64,000 bases of DNA from an uncultured bacterium (GCA_965541585.1 CBEUCH010000017.1:20874-84873), one strand, 5' to 3'; positions 40,597-51,432 are shown, counted from the stretch's first letter. Numbers and translations are program-made. The notes: generated by a model from the sequence alone, not told the origin.

Positions 40597-40682
40597 GCCG
40601 GAGTGGTGAAACTGGTAGACGCGCTGGACTCAAAATCCAGTGGGGTTAACGCTCCGTGTCGGTTCGATTCCGACCTCCGGCA
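40597..40682 (+). tRNA. tRNA-Leu (anticodon CAA)
   Basis: GCCGGAGTGGTGAAACTGGTAGAC...CTGGA-CTCAAAA-TCCAG, long variable arm; TTGACA-N16-CATAAT upstream. Confidence 0.96.
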
Positions 40683-40723
40683 TTTTTTTTATAGATAATT
40701 CGGCTGACTTATCAAGTATGTCT

Positions 40724-42940
40724 TTATTGAGTCCCGGGGAGCGTCTGGCTGGCCTCAGGCATCTTTTTATCGACATCCTCAGGTCTGGCCGACGGCAAGA
40801 ATACCCATATATAATGAGTCAGATTATCGCATTCATCGTAGTATGGCAGCACTGATACGGTAATTGTGATTTGATTATTCTGGCCGGGATTGAAGACCAG
40901 GTCTCTGGTGAGGCTGCTTTTGCCTTTGAGGCTACTCCAGACCGAATGGAGGATTGTGAGGTTGGGACTGCGAAGAGCTAAGCTCTTTATACTCATACCC
41001 TCCGCTGCACTATCTTCCAGGGAGAAAAACTCCTTAAAAGAGGTGTTGAAAAAGGAAGCTATTCCTGCGGTATCGGTAATGAGCATAGGCTGCGCCAGTC
41101 CCGACAGGATCTTGTGGGAAAATCCGATTTTATCTATGGTGTTTTTATATTCGCTGACGTCCCTCACGATCCACTGGATAAAATTGATATCGCCGGTGGC
41201 GATTTTTGAGGCGTTGATAGAGACCGGTATGAAAGTGCCATTTTTAGTTTCGTACTCTATTTCGCCGAGCGTTCCCCGGCCATCGGTGACCGCCGATTGC
41301 CATAACTGCCTGGCAATCGGCATTTGAGGTTGGGGATGGAGCTCCCAGATATATTTAGCAACCAGCTCCGATCTTAAATATTTGAAAGTTCTTATGCCGG
41401 TCTCGTTAGCATCGGTGATTTTCCCGGTTTCGGAATCAACAAAGAAGATGCTGTCGCCTGCCATGTCGACCGAACTTCGGTAAACCTTCTCAGACTCCTT
41501 AAGTCTCATATACAGCCGGCTTGTCTCTATTGCAGACGATGCCTGAGAAGCAAATACGGTTAGAGTCGAAATCTGTTCCTCGTAGAATTTTTTCTTGTTG
41601 ATCTTATACAGGGTCAGAGCGCCAATCACCACGTTTTTGGCCAACAATGGCACGGACAGCAGCGATTCGTCCACATCGGTAGTCCCGGGAACAAGAACTG
41701 CAATCTCCGTATCATCGTCACAGTTTTGAATGTGTGGTTTGCCATCCCGTACGACTGCGCCTGTTAGCCCCTGACCAACAGGGAACTCAAAATTCATCAC
41801 CTCATCGCTGAAGACTTCTTCGGTCGAGTAAATAGGCTTTATAACCTGTCGCGCGTGATCCAGAGAGAAGATGGTGCAGGTATCAGAATCCGTGAGGGTC
41901 TCAGCCGCCGTGGCAATGGCCTCCAGAACATCCTTCATCTCCAGCGACGCCGAAAGAGCCACGCTGGTATCATATAGCCCGGAGAAACGACGGGCCTCCG
42001 CCTTTATCCTGGCCCCCATTCTCTCATATTCCTGTTCGTCGTTTATCGTGCACATGAGGTTTTTCACAGCCCTGCCTTTTCGATAGATCTCGCTTATCGC
42101 CATAAATACTGGATGTTTTTCTCCATCCTGTCGGATTAAATGACATCTAATCCTCCTGGAATTTCTGGATGGACCCAGTCTCAGTCTCCAGTTACTCGGC
42201 ATCTCAAAAATATCTATTGCCTCTTTATTTATGAGTTCTCTTTTATCATAACCGGAGATTATCTGAAATTCATCGTTGCCGAAAACGACTCTGCCCGAGA
42301 GATTGAGTATTAGAAATGGATTCTTAAAGGCGTCTATTAGATCCTTCGACTCGAAGTCGAAATCCATAAATCTCTGGGCTCTGCTTAGAAAGCCCGCCCT
42401 GAAGAATACCAAACTGCCCATAACCAGACTGCATCCTGATATATAGACCTGCGACGCCTGTGCATGATGCAGGACCCAGATAAGGGCTCCCAAGGACAAT
42501 AGGAGCCTGCGAAAACCATGAAACCGTATCAGGCCTGCCACCAGAAAAATGCTCCCGATAAATTCTATTGCCATACCCTGTATGTTTGCGAAGTTGGGCT
42601 TGTGGTTGTACAAAAGATGAAGAGCCACTAAGATTATTGCAGCTAAAAGCCAGGAGTTCAATAATAATTCGCGCTTTCTTACTCCACCGACATTATTCTC
42701 CAGGCAGCAGGCATACGGAAGAAATAGGAGTATCAATATTCCGGGGTGGGATCGGATGGCAGAATCGAGATGCAGATATTGGAAATTTGTGGTTATTGCC
42801 TGGAGAATTAGAAATAGACCAATCAGAATATCCAGCGTACATCTGCTGAAATCCGAGATACGGCGGTTTCTTCCGTTAGCGAACACTCCCAGGAAAACCG
42901 CAACCCCCAGGAATATTTCAAGTACTCCGTTAGGCGACAT
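40724..42940 (-). CDS. Membrane sensor TM-PAS-GAF-PAS-PAS with no recognisable output domain
   Basis: About 6 TM helices, PAS motifs (N-EF..SGY..EL; DANE), GAF (GQGLTGAV...SLLSVPL). Confidence 0.8.
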   Translation of the reverse strand: MSPNGVLEIFLGVAVFLGVFANGRNRRISDFSRCTLDILIGLFLILQAITTNFQYLHLDSAIRSHPGILILLFLPYACCLENNVGGVRKRELLLNSWLLAAIILVALHLLYNHKPNFANIQGMAIEFIGSIFLVAGLIRFHGFRRLLLSLGALIWVLHHAQASQVYISGCSLVMGSLVFFRAGFLSRAQRFMDFDFESKDLIDAFKNPFLILNLSGRVVFGNDEFQIISGYDKRELINKEAIDIFEMPSNWRLRLGPSRNSRRIRCHLIRQDGEKHPVFMAISEIYRKGRAVKNLMCTINDEQEYERMGARIKAEARRFSGLYDTSVALSASLEMKDVLEAIATAAETLTDSDTCTIFSLDHARQVIKPIYSTEEVFSDEVMNFEFPVGQGLTGAVVRDGKPHIQNCDDDTEIAVLVPGTTDVDESLLSVPLLAKNVVIGALTLYKINKKKFYEEQISTLTVFASQASSAIETSRLYMRLKESEKVYRSSVDMAGDSIFFVDSETGKITDANETGIRTFKYLRSELVAKYIWELHPQPQMPIARQLWQSAVTDGRGTLGEIEYETKNGTFIPVSINASKIATGDINFIQWIVRDVSEYKNTIDKIGFSHKILSGLAQPMLITDTAGIASFFNTSFKEFFSLEDSAAEGMSIKSLALRSPNLTILHSVWSSLKGKSSLTRDLVFNPGQNNQITITVSVLPYYDECDNLTHYIWVFLPSARPEDVDKKMPEASQTLPGTQ

Positions 42941-43114
42941 AAGAAATATCCTGCCCTTAATGAGTTTTATCGGGAATATGGATACCCTCTCATATGTTAT
43001 CGATCATTCGGCGAGGATCTTGAATTTCGGGCATATGATCAAGTATTGCGATTCTGCCAAAAAGAGAGCCGGCCCCCGGATGAGGCCGGCATTCGATCGC
43101 AGATTGTGGAAATT

Positions 43115-44278
43115 TCAGAAAGCAAGAAGCATATTCAGATACAGGTACGAATTGGAGATATCGTCAGCCATGAAGGGGATATCTTTTATCTTCTCGGCCC
43201 GGTAATTCAATGCCGCTGCCAGCCCCTTTACCGGTTCGCATTCAACGCCGAATATGAACTCATTGGCAGAGGTCTCGAAATTAATGCCGCCGGGAGGTAT
43301 GATTTCATGGTCATCGGCATCCGGATCGACCATCATGTAGCGGAAAAATAGACTGGTGGTCCGCAAAAGGGGAGTATTTTCCGCTAGATCGGTTAACCAG
43401 AGAGTCCCGAATAGGGCGATGGCTGTAACCTTATTATCAGACAAATCGGGCCAGGCACCACCAAATCCCATATCTGCCACGTCGAGGATTTGAGGCGACT
43501 TATACGAGTCGTATTCAATCCCGAGGGCGAATAATTCACGGTAATGCAGATTTCCCATGATCGAGATCATGGTTTTCTTATAGTCGTCCTTTACCTGCGC
43601 AGAATCGACGTAAGAATTCAGTGTCCCGGAATAAACCTGGAACCCTATCTTCGATTTGCCGAAATCCGGGTTGGTGTTCAGAGGAGTGAGAAATACCGCC
43701 AGGTTGATATCTTTTGTGGGATTGTTGTCGCCGGGATCTTCATAAGATGTCCCATTGAAGATTGCCAGTTTCGCATATCCCCATTTTCCTTCTTCGCCGA
43801 AGTTGCTTTTAAAAGACAGGCCGAAATCAGCGGAGGTCTCCATGCTCAGCTGTTCGGTCGGGGTCATCTCCAGGTAGCGGCGGCCCCAGACAGCGTCCAT
43901 TTCGGAGATCCAGGGAGTTGCTTGAAGACCGAAACGTGTTGAGAGATCGAAATTTTCCCGCGAGAGTAGCTTCCAGTTGATATAAGCATATTTGAGCCTG
44001 ATGTTGGCGATGCCTGGATTGACATCAACCGTGACCTTACCCCAGGTTTTATCCGAGAGTTTAGCCTTGGCGTAGATATACGCTCTCTGGATGCTGAAGG
44101 CGCTGTAACTATCGAAATCGACATCCGAGCGGCTGTAATCCAGTGTATCGGACATATCGTAATACCACTGTCCGAAAATCTCCCCGCCGACTTTTACTTC
44201 TTTATCTGCACTGGCAACAGAAAAAGCAAAAAACACCATCAAAACAATAATAATTGATCCTACAGTACGCGTCATCAC
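43115..44278 (-). CDS. Outer-membrane porin-like protein (OprO/OprP-like)
   Basis: Signal peptide, FSIQRAYI, RLKYAYI, IFNG...DNN-KD, terminal F. Confidence 0.7.
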   Translation of the reverse strand: MMTRTVGSIIIVLMVFFAFSVASADKEVKVGGEIFGQWYYDMSDTLDYSRSDVDFDSYSAFSIQRAYIYAKAKLSDKTWGKVTVDVNPGIANIRLKYAYINWKLLSRENFDLSTRFGLQATPWISEMDAVWGRRYLEMTPTEQLSMETSADFGLSFKSNFGEEGKWGYAKLAIFNGTSYEDPGDNNPTKDINLAVFLTPLNTNPDFGKSKIGFQVYSGTLNSYVDSAQVKDDYKKTMISIMGNLHYRELFALGIEYDSYKSPQILDVADMGFGGAWPDLSDNKVTAIALFGTLWLTDLAENTPLLRTTSLFFRYMMVDPDADDHEIIPPGGINFETSANEFIFGVECEPVKGLAAALNYRAEKIKDIPFMADDISNSYLYLNMLLAF

Positions 44279-44496
44279 TCCTCCTTTAATATGTAAATTA
44301 CTTTGATAATCATCCTATGATTATTTTTAATACCGAAACTCCCCTCCTTTCGACAGGATTCGCTGTTCAGGTTTGAAAATCGCTCCGGGCACTTCGCACC
44401 CAATGATCGATTATTCTCTTAATATCTTTTCATCAGAAAATCAAGCCTGATCCAGTTTAAATTGTAGAATGGTTTTCAAATACCTATATTATTCTT

Positions 44497-45690
44497 ATGA
44501 CGTTATCTTACTGGCATAAGCTGGCACAGGTCAGGGAAGGCACGCCTGAAGGCAAATCATCGCGTTATAAGTCATACGATGTCGTTGTCATAGGTGCGGG
44601 ATTGGTTGGAATCGCCACGGCCTATTATTTGAATCAACTGGGGTGTGATCGTGTGCTGGTACTTGAAAAAGAGTTTATCGGATACGGCGCCTCCGGTAGA
44701 AACGCCGGGTTCCTGCTATCCGGCTTGGCGGAGCCATATTCGCGCCTCATTGTCGGTATGGGCCATGATGCCGCCCGCGGAATCTACTCATCCACTATCG
44801 AAAACCATGACCTTATTGCGCGCGCCGTATCGGACAACGACATAGACTGCGGATATGAGAGATCGGGATCTTATCATCTTGCGGCTACCGAGGTCGAACG
44901 GGGCGAACTGGAGGAATCGGTCAATCTTCTCAGGCGCGATGGCTTCGATGCCGAGTATCTTCCCGTAATCCCTGGTGCGGCAGGATCGAGATTGAAAGGT
45001 CATCAAGGTGCTTTTTTTAGCCCGGTCGACGGCAGAATAAATCCGTTCGCTTTTGTCAGAGGTCTTGCTCGTGACATCGACGTAATAGAGGGATTCGAGA
45101 TAAAGCGGATCGCAAAGACCGATGCCGCGATAGAACTGATCGGTGAAAAAAGCAAGATCAGATCGGTTATGGTGGTTCTGGCAATCAATGGGTATGCTCC
45201 CCTCCTGGATAGCTATTTCGAGGGTTTGATTTTTCCTGTTCGGGGCCAGATGCTGGCGACCTCTCCCTTGGCTGAGAATCTCCTCGGTGAGTCGATATAT
45301 TATGCTAATTTCGGGTACGATTATTTCAACCAGACTCCCGACAATACGATATTAATGGGCGGTTTGAGAAATAGGTTTATTGCTGAAGAAATGGGCTATG
45401 ACGATAGCCCGAATCCCGGATTACAGGACGGACTGGAGGACTATATCAAAGACAACTTGGGAATCAGGACCTTTAGAGTCGAGACACGCTGGAGCGGCGT
45501 AATGGGCAACACTATCGACGGCCTGCCGCTCGTGGGCGCTCTGCCTCACAATAGCGCCGTTCTGGCGGCAGTAGGATTCAACACCCATGGATTCGGGCTG
45601 GGAATGGTAATCGCCCGGGATCTGGCTATGGCTATTATGAAGAATGAAACATCAGACATCCTGAGGAGATTCTCTCTGAAAAGATTCTAA
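44497..45690 (+). CDS. FAD-dependent oxidoreductase, DAO/PuuB-like
   Basis: GAGLVG, GASGRNAG, PVRGQ, WSG...DGLPLVG. Confidence 0.9.
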   Translation: MTLSYWHKLAQVREGTPEGKSSRYKSYDVVVIGAGLVGIATAYYLNQLGCDRVLVLEKEFIGYGASGRNAGFLLSGLAEPYSRLIVGMGHDAARGIYSSTIENHDLIARAVSDNDIDCGYERSGSYHLAATEVERGELEESVNLLRRDGFDAEYLPVIPGAAGSRLKGHQGAFFSPVDGRINPFAFVRGLARDIDVIEGFEIKRIAKTDAAIELIGEKSKIRSVMVVLAINGYAPLLDSYFEGLIFPVRGQMLATSPLAENLLGESIYYANFGYDYFNQTPDNTILMGGLRNRFIAEEMGYDDSPNPGLQDGLEDYIKDNLGIRTFRVETRWSGVMGNTIDGLPLVGALPHNSAVLAAVGFNTHGFGLGMVIARDLAMAIMKNETSDILRRFSLKRF

Positions 45691-45774
45691 TGATATTAGA
45701 TGGATTCATTCGATAGAGGCCGCTAAAAATCATATAAAGCGATACGCAAATAAAATGACATAACTTGCTTACTA

Positions 45775-46674
45775 TTAAGGGATTAAGATCTTCGCCGATG
45801 AGACATCTCGCAGAGGGTGTTCTCTTGACACAAAGTCCGATTTTCCTCCGGGAGGGTAGCCAGATTGCCCTTCTTCAGACGCTCGATATTCGGCCTTATC
45901 GTAGTCGGGATCGAGACACGAACGATCGATTAGGAAATCCAGTGCCCATTTGCCAACGTTTATCATAATGTTCTCTTTGTTCGAGCGTATGGATTGTGGC
46001 GGCAAGCCTCTAATTAATGAGTCTATATCAAAAATGGCATTCCCGAACTGCAACTTCACCTGTTCAGGCAATTTTTTGAATTTAGGTTTGTCCATATTCT
46101 CGTATATATTATTCAGAAAATTCTGAGATTCGATATACGGTTCCGCCTCCGATTCCTCGACCCATCCCCGGATCGTCAAAGATCTGCCGTTTTCAACATC
46201 CCCGCATTGGCAATTATTGACCAGGCAGAAATATAAGACGCCGCCATTCGAAATTTTCCCCAGCGGATAGAGTCTGCATCGCAAAGGACGATCCTTATAC
46301 ACAGAGCAGCCATAGGATCTTAAGAAATTGCATTTATTGCGATCTCCCTCGCCTTGATACCTCAATAGAGCAGTGGGGATATGTGTCTCATGATCGAGTC
46401 TAAGATCAGCATAGAGTTTTAGAAATCTACCGGTCGACATTTCCCTGTTTCGGCTCAGCCGGTAAACGTCGTAGGGGTCGAGTATGATCCTCTCCTGTTG
46501 CGTGAAATTCTTGCAGCAGGCATTCGTCCTCTGACATGTGAAACTGAATCTATCGCCATCGCGTAAAAATCTAATATGATTTATATTATTATCTATGCAT
46601 CTTTTCTTATATGCTCTGGTGAAGCCCTTCGTCTTCTCCAGTTCTTTCGGGTCGCCGATTACCATGTACACCAT
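45775..46674 (-). CDS. YkgJ-family Cys-cluster (Zn/Fe-chelating) protein
   Basis: FTC...CC, L-PYD, CNFL...CSVY-DRP-CR-YP. Confidence 0.85.
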   Translation of the reverse strand: MVYMVIGDPKELEKTKGFTRAYKKRCIDNNINHIRFLRDGDRFSFTCQRTNACCKNFTQQERIILDPYDVYRLSRNREMSTGRFLKLYADLRLDHETHIPTALLRYQGEGDRNKCNFLRSYGCSVYKDRPLRCRLYPLGKISNGGVLYFCLVNNCQCGDVENGRSLTIRGWVEESEAEPYIESQNFLNNIYENMDKPKFKKLPEQVKLQFGNAIFDIDSLIRGLPPQSIRSNKENIMINVGKWALDFLIDRSCLDPDYDKAEYRASEEGQSGYPPGGKSDFVSREHPLRDVSSAKILIP

Positions 46675-46897
46675 ATTCCTGATCGTTTTAAATTAGTTTC
46701 GGGACTAAATGCCAGAGGCATGGGTATTGAAAATTCTATTGTCGAATATTCCCCCCAGGTAGGTTCAAAATGAAACGGCGATCCAAGAGTCCCTGTTAGC
46801 CTGGGATACTGTTACCAGCCATTAGAACATCTGATGGATAAGCAGCATATATAGATTATTCCTCGAAAGATAAATTTGGTGTCTATGAAAACTCGGT

Positions 46898-47569
46898 TTA
46901 GGTCCTCAGCGAAAACGGGTTGAAATTGGTGTCCCGGTCATAGGCGTCCACCCCTTCCTTGCTTTTCAAGAACCGGACTACTGCATAGGTCAAGGGAGTG
47001 CAGAGCGCTTCGAATCCGACCTTGAAGAGATAATTGGAAACCAGGATGGTCAGGAGGAGATCGCCAGGGAAAACACCGTAGAATGCGATCATGACGAACA
47101 ACATCGTATCGACTCCCTCCCCTATGATAGTCGAACCGATGGTCCGGCTCCAGAGCCATTTGCCTTTTGTGAAGATCTTCATCTTGGCCAGAGTATAGGC
47201 GTTGGAAAATTCTCCTGAGAAATAGGCAATTAGCGACGCCAGAACAATCCGCGGTGTCAATCCTAGAATCTTATCATAAGCCTCCTGATTTTCCCAACCG
47301 GCAGCCGGGGGCAGCTTTCCGACGATCATGAAAACAACAGACATGAGCAAAGCAGCAAGAAAGCCGGTCCAGATCACACGGCGGGATCTTTTGTAGCCGT
47401 AGACCTCGGTCAGGATATCACCGAAGATATAGCTTATGGGGAAGAGAATGGTGCCGCCATCGAACGTGAACGGCCCGAGATCGAGCACCTTCGACGAGGC
47501 AACGTTGGATATCAGCAGCACGGCCACGAAAAGACCAAGTATTATATCGTAGTATTTGAATTGCTTCAT
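46898..47569 (-). CDS. yhhQ: Queuosine precursor transporter (VUT/YhhQ)
   Basis: SNVASSK, FP-SY-GDILTEVYG, R-VLASL-AY, RT-GST-GE-VD. Confidence 0.92.
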   Translation of the reverse strand: MKQFKYYDIILGLFVAVLLISNVASSKVLDLGPFTFDGGTILFPISYIFGDILTEVYGYKRSRRVIWTGFLAALLMSVVFMIVGKLPPAAGWENQEAYDKILGLTPRIVLASLIAYFSGEFSNAYTLAKMKIFTKGKWLWSRTIGSTIIGEGVDTMLFVMIAFYGVFPGDLLLTILVSNYLFKVGFEALCTPLTYAVVRFLKSKEGVDAYDRDTNFNPFSLRT

Positions 47570-47608
47570 CGGATAGTTTACTCTTGAATTGTCTTTATCG
47601 AGAAACCC

Positions 47609-48379
47609 TTACGCCAGCGAATAGCCGCCGTCGACCACTATCACCTGGCCGGTGAGCCATGTGGCCTTCTCAGAACATAGAAAGGCCACCACGTCGGCGA
47701 TCTCCTCCGGCTTGCCGACACGATCAAACGGCGTCCGCCGAACGACCTCGTCCACCATCTCCTGGTAGTTGGGGAATCCCTTGAGAGCGTCGGTATCGAT
47801 GAAGCCGCCGGAAACCGTGTTAACGTTTATTCTTTTCGATGCCAACTCGAATGCCAGATATCTCGTCAGCGTTTCAATGGCGGCTTTGGACGCCCCGATG
47901 GCGGCGTAACCGGGTATATATCTGAACGAGCCGAGCGATGATAGGGCCACCACCTTGGAACCCTCCGGCATCATATCGCTGGCCAGTTGGACGCCTTTTA
48001 GATACGCCCAGGCGTTGGTGTCCATGGATAATTGCCAGGCCTTGTCGCTAAGCTCCATGGCCGATGTGAACAGACCCAGTGCGGCGTTGGATATCAGGAT
48101 ATCGAGGCGGCCGTATTTTTCGCGGACTTCATCGTAAACCTTCGGCATCTTCTCGTGGTTACCGATATTGGCCCTTATGGCCAGATGGTCGCCGCCGAAT
48201 TCATTCATCTGTGCGATCGTCTCATCGGCAGCGTTGCGGCTGCGCAGGTAGTTGACCGCAACATTGGCGCCTCCCCCGGCCAGCTTCATGGCGATAGCCT
48301 TGCCTATCCCCTTAGTGCCGCCGGTTACAAGGGCGACTTTGCCCTCAAACTCCCTGCTGTTATCTGGTGAATTTTCCAT
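47609..48379 (-). CDS. fabL: Enoyl-ACP reductase FabL-type SDR
   Basis: TGGTKGIG, SNAA-G, SSLGS, YAAIGASKAAIE-LTRYLA-EL, DTDAL-FP. Confidence 0.8.
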   Translation of the reverse strand: MENSPDNSREFEGKVALVTGGTKGIGKAIAMKLAGGGANVAVNYLRSRNAADETIAQMNEFGGDHLAIRANIGNHEKMPKVYDEVREKYGRLDILISNAALGLFTSAMELSDKAWQLSMDTNAWAYLKGVQLASDMMPEGSKVVALSSLGSFRYIPGYAAIGASKAAIETLTRYLAFELASKRINVNTVSGGFIDTDALKGFPNYQEMVDEVVRRTPFDRVGKPEEIADVVAFLCSEKATWLTGQVIVVDGGYSLA

Positions 48380-48631
48380 GTCCCTCCCCGATGTCCTATC
48401 AGATCGTTTAAATTCAGGTTCGGAAATTAATATAGTAGGTCAATTTTGTCAACGTTTGATGTTCTCGCTGCTCTGAAATCCTGCACCTAACCTGGCGTGA
48501 AGTTTTTTGATCATCTTTCACAAACAGCGCATTATCATGCACACTACGAATAGATTTAGGACGCGGATTGAGCGACTAAAATATAACCCATTATATAACA
48601 ATTGGTTAGATGCTCCCCAAAACAGCCTTTC

Positions 48632-48647
48632 AGGCACGCCTCTTGCT
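48632..48647 (+). promoter_or_regulatory. Sigma54 -24/-12 promoter
   Basis: AGGCACGCCTCTTGCT (GG-N10-GC), 37 nt before the ATG; AT-rich spacer upstream. Confidence 0.72.
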
Positions 48648-48683
48648 TTATAGTAAAACCGGTTTTACTATGGAGGTTTTAAA

Positions 48684-49604
48684 ATGAACAGAATTATTTT
48701 GGCAATCTTGATGATTTTCACCGTTTCTTCGGTCGCAAGCGCTTTACCGAATTTGCAGTTGTATATCGATGGCGCCGGCTATGACCACGATACCGAGACG
48801 TGGGTGATCGAGGGTGAATCGCAATTCGATCTATACGTTGTAGGGGCTATCCCAACGGGTGAGGAGATGCTGGAGAACGTGAAACTGGTAATCTCCACCG
48901 ACAGCGAAACCGAACCGGTCGGTACGGTTATGATAAACGGCAATTCCCTGCCTGACGACGGCTGGGAATTCGGCAGCCCTCCCTTCCCGCCGGTATTCCC
49001 GCCTCATGGCGTGTTTCCGGCTTGGTATTTCGTTCTTGATATCGATGGTCTACAGGCTATCGGCGGGGTCGGAAATGCAGTGCCTGATTCTGCAGGAGAA
49101 TTCTTCGACCCGGCGGAAGGGTATCTCGATGACGAGAGTCACCTCGGGGAGATAAGATCATTTGAAATCGAGGTCTCGGGCGAACTGACCAATCTTCATT
49201 TCGATGCCTGTATCATCGAGGAGGACGGCCGGATCGGCCGTTTCGCCCCATTCTCCCACGACGCGGCATATGTTGACAGTTTATTCGATCCACCGACCGG
49301 AATCAAGGACGATCTCCCTGTTCCCACCAAGACCGCCCTGCTGAGATCCTATCCGAATCCGTTTAATGCCGTGACGACTATAGAATTCAGTTTTTCGACA
49401 TCATCGGATATCAGCCTGGAGTTGTTCGATATTCGGGGCCGGCACGTGACCACCCTCGCGAAGGGATACTATATCGGCGGCGAACATGCGGTCATCTGGG
49501 ATGGCATAAACGATTCGGGCAATGCCGTGGCATCCGGCGTGTACCTGGTGAAGCTTTCGACGGCCGAGGCAACGGTCACCAGAAATGTTGTGCTGTTGAA
49601 GTAA
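48684..49604 (+). CDS. Choice-of-anchor N-like secreted protein with FlgD/T9SS-A-like tail
   Basis: ALP-LQLYI-GA-YD--TETW, PHGVFP, LHFD, FAPFSHDA; tail YPNPFN...WDG...ASGVY...VVLLK. Confidence 0.75.
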   Translation: MNRIILAILMIFTVSSVASALPNLQLYIDGAGYDHDTETWVIEGESQFDLYVVGAIPTGEEMLENVKLVISTDSETEPVGTVMINGNSLPDDGWEFGSPPFPPVFPPHGVFPAWYFVLDIDGLQAIGGVGNAVPDSAGEFFDPAEGYLDDESHLGEIRSFEIEVSGELTNLHFDACIIEEDGRIGRFAPFSHDAAYVDSLFDPPTGIKDDLPVPTKTALLRSYPNPFNAVTTIEFSFSTSSDISLELFDIRGRHVTTLAKGYYIGGEHAVIWDGINDSGNAVASGVYLVKLSTAEATVTRNVVLLK

Positions 49605-49662
49605 GATTTAATCGCGTGTCATAATTAATTATGACCGCAGCTGAAGCTTTGATATTTCTTTG

Positions 49663-49693
49663 CGGTCGGGTGCCCTCACCCGACCGTTTTTTT
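49663..49693 (+). terminator. Intrinsic terminator
   Basis: CGGTCGGGTG-CCCT-CACCCGACCG followed by a T run. Confidence 0.8.
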
Positions 49694-49704
49694 ACATAAT
49701 AAAG

Positions 49705-49800
49705 GTGTCGGGTCAGGCCATACGGCTCGTAGAGCGACCCAACACCACAGGAATTGAAAGTCTTTTGTAGGGGCGCATTGCAATACGCCACGCCGGGTAG
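49705..49800. repeat. REP-like hairpins including GTAGGGGCGCATTGCAATACGCC
   Basis: GTAG-headed imperfect palindrome; homologous to 51536-51605. Confidence 0.7.
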
Positions 49801-49805
49801 GATCA

Positions 49806-51347
49806 CTATTTCAACAACACTATCCGCCTTGATTCAACCGATTCACCGGCCTGCAGGCGATAGAAGTAAACCCCGCTGGCAAGATCGGATGCATCAAAGG
49901 TAATGTGGTTGATGCCCGCCTGTCCATATTCGTCCATCAACATCCTCACTTCTCTCCCAAGCAGATCATAAACCGTAAGCGTTACCTGTTGCGGTTCCGG
50001 TAATGAAAAGCTGATTATTGATGTGGCATTAAAGGGGTTGGGATATGAGCCAAGCAAAACAGGTGACTGTGGCAGATTTTGCTGTCGTTCTTCCGCCGGC
50101 GTAGCTTCGGATAATACGGCGAAATAAATATCCCCGGCGTCCCTTCTATTATCGACCCAGACTGCAAATACGTTCCCATCGTCGCCTGCAGCGAGTCCAA
50201 CATTGGATTTGTTGGAGGCCTCTGAATCGGATATCTCAAAAACGTCGCTCCATGAATAGCCGGCGTCCTCCGAGATGGCGGCCAAGATCCGCGAACCCTG
50301 ATAATCTTCCCGGGCCTGCTGGTAGGCTATTAAAAGTCGACCGTCGGTAAGCTCCAACAGCGTTGGAAAGTTTTGTGTCCGGCCGCTATCGGCGACGGCC
50401 ACTTCATCCTGAAATTCATAGCCGTCATCTAAAGATCTCGATGTGTAAACCCTGTATGTACCGTTCCTGCCGTCAGTGTAAGCGCAGATCCAGACGCCCG
50501 ACGAGTGTTGGATTAAGACCGGTCCTGTAGTGGGGCAGGCGTAAATCACCCAGCCGCCGAAGCTGGCTCGAACCGGCGGGGAAAACCTGGTAAAATCATC
50601 GTTAGCCCGCGCCACGTAGATATCCCGGACGTTGCCAAGATCATTTCGAAAAGCAACCAGTATCTGTCCCTCGGAGCCATCGGCGATCCACGGATGGCAG
50701 CATTCGCACGGCTCGTCATCCTCCCCCTGGATATCGGCACGGATATTGGTCGACCAGTTAAAACCGCCATCGATAGACATCGTAGTGCGAACTTCCGGGC
50801 ACGACTGGCATTCTCTGAAATCCAGCCACGCTGAAAGCAGGGTATCGCTTTGCCCCATCCTGTTAATATGAGGCAAGAGCTGATAATTGCTGGTTTGATC
50901 ATCGTTCAGACGAACAACGTCTGAAAAGCCACCGTCCGCATAACGCATCCGGCAGAAGATATCTCCGTTATTGCCGCCGTTTCGCATATCGGTCCAGTAG
51001 AATACCAAACCACCGGAGAGGTTTTGCGCGACGCCGACCTTCTCCTCCGCCCCCGCCCTTATTTGACCGTTAATATCATTGACTTTGATCTCCTCCCCGA
51101 AGCTCTGACCGCCATCGGTGGAGATTCTCATGTAAGCGTCGTGCATAGAGTAATTGTGCCGTCGATCCCCCCAGGCGATCACAATATTACCCTGGTCGGT
51201 ATAAAGAATATCAACTCCGGTCTGGATAGCGTTGCCTTCATCTATATTGATTCTTTGAACTGAAACTGGAACGAATTGCGCAAACCCAATCGTATTTAAT
51301 AGGATAAGTAACACAACCGTTGATATTGCGATATGGAGTCTTTTCAT
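49806..51347 (-). CDS. Secreted BNR/Asp-box (sialidase-like) beta-propeller with T9SS-A-like tail
   Basis: S-DGG-SF/W repeats, PCECC and CPTTGP motifs; tail YPNPFN...ESRRIVLLK. Confidence 0.85.
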   Translation of the reverse strand: MKRLHIAISTVVLLILLNTIGFAQFVPVSVQRINIDEGNAIQTGVDILYTDQGNIVIAWGDRRHNYSMHDAYMRISTDGGQSFGEEIKVNDINGQIRAGAEEKVGVAQNLSGGLVFYWTDMRNGGNNGDIFCRMRYADGGFSDVVRLNDDQTSNYQLLPHINRMGQSDTLLSAWLDFRECQSCPEVRTTMSIDGGFNWSTNIRADIQGEDDEPCECCHPWIADGSEGQILVAFRNDLGNVRDIYVARANDDFTRFSPPVRASFGGWVIYACPTTGPVLIQHSSGVWICAYTDGRNGTYRVYTSRSLDDGYEFQDEVAVADSGRTQNFPTLLELTDGRLLIAYQQAREDYQGSRILAAISEDAGYSWSDVFEISDSEASNKSNVGLAAGDDGNVFAVWVDNRRDAGDIYFAVLSEATPAEERQQNLPQSPVLLGSYPNPFNATSIISFSLPEPQQVTLTVYDLLGREVRMLMDEYGQAGINHITFDASDLASGVYFYRLQAGESVESRRIVLLK

Positions 51348-51432
51348 CTGTTCTCCTTCTCTTGCAAATGATTATTAATGCCAATATATCTAAAATTCGC
51401 AGGCTGTCAAGAGATTAGAATGAGTTAGAGAA

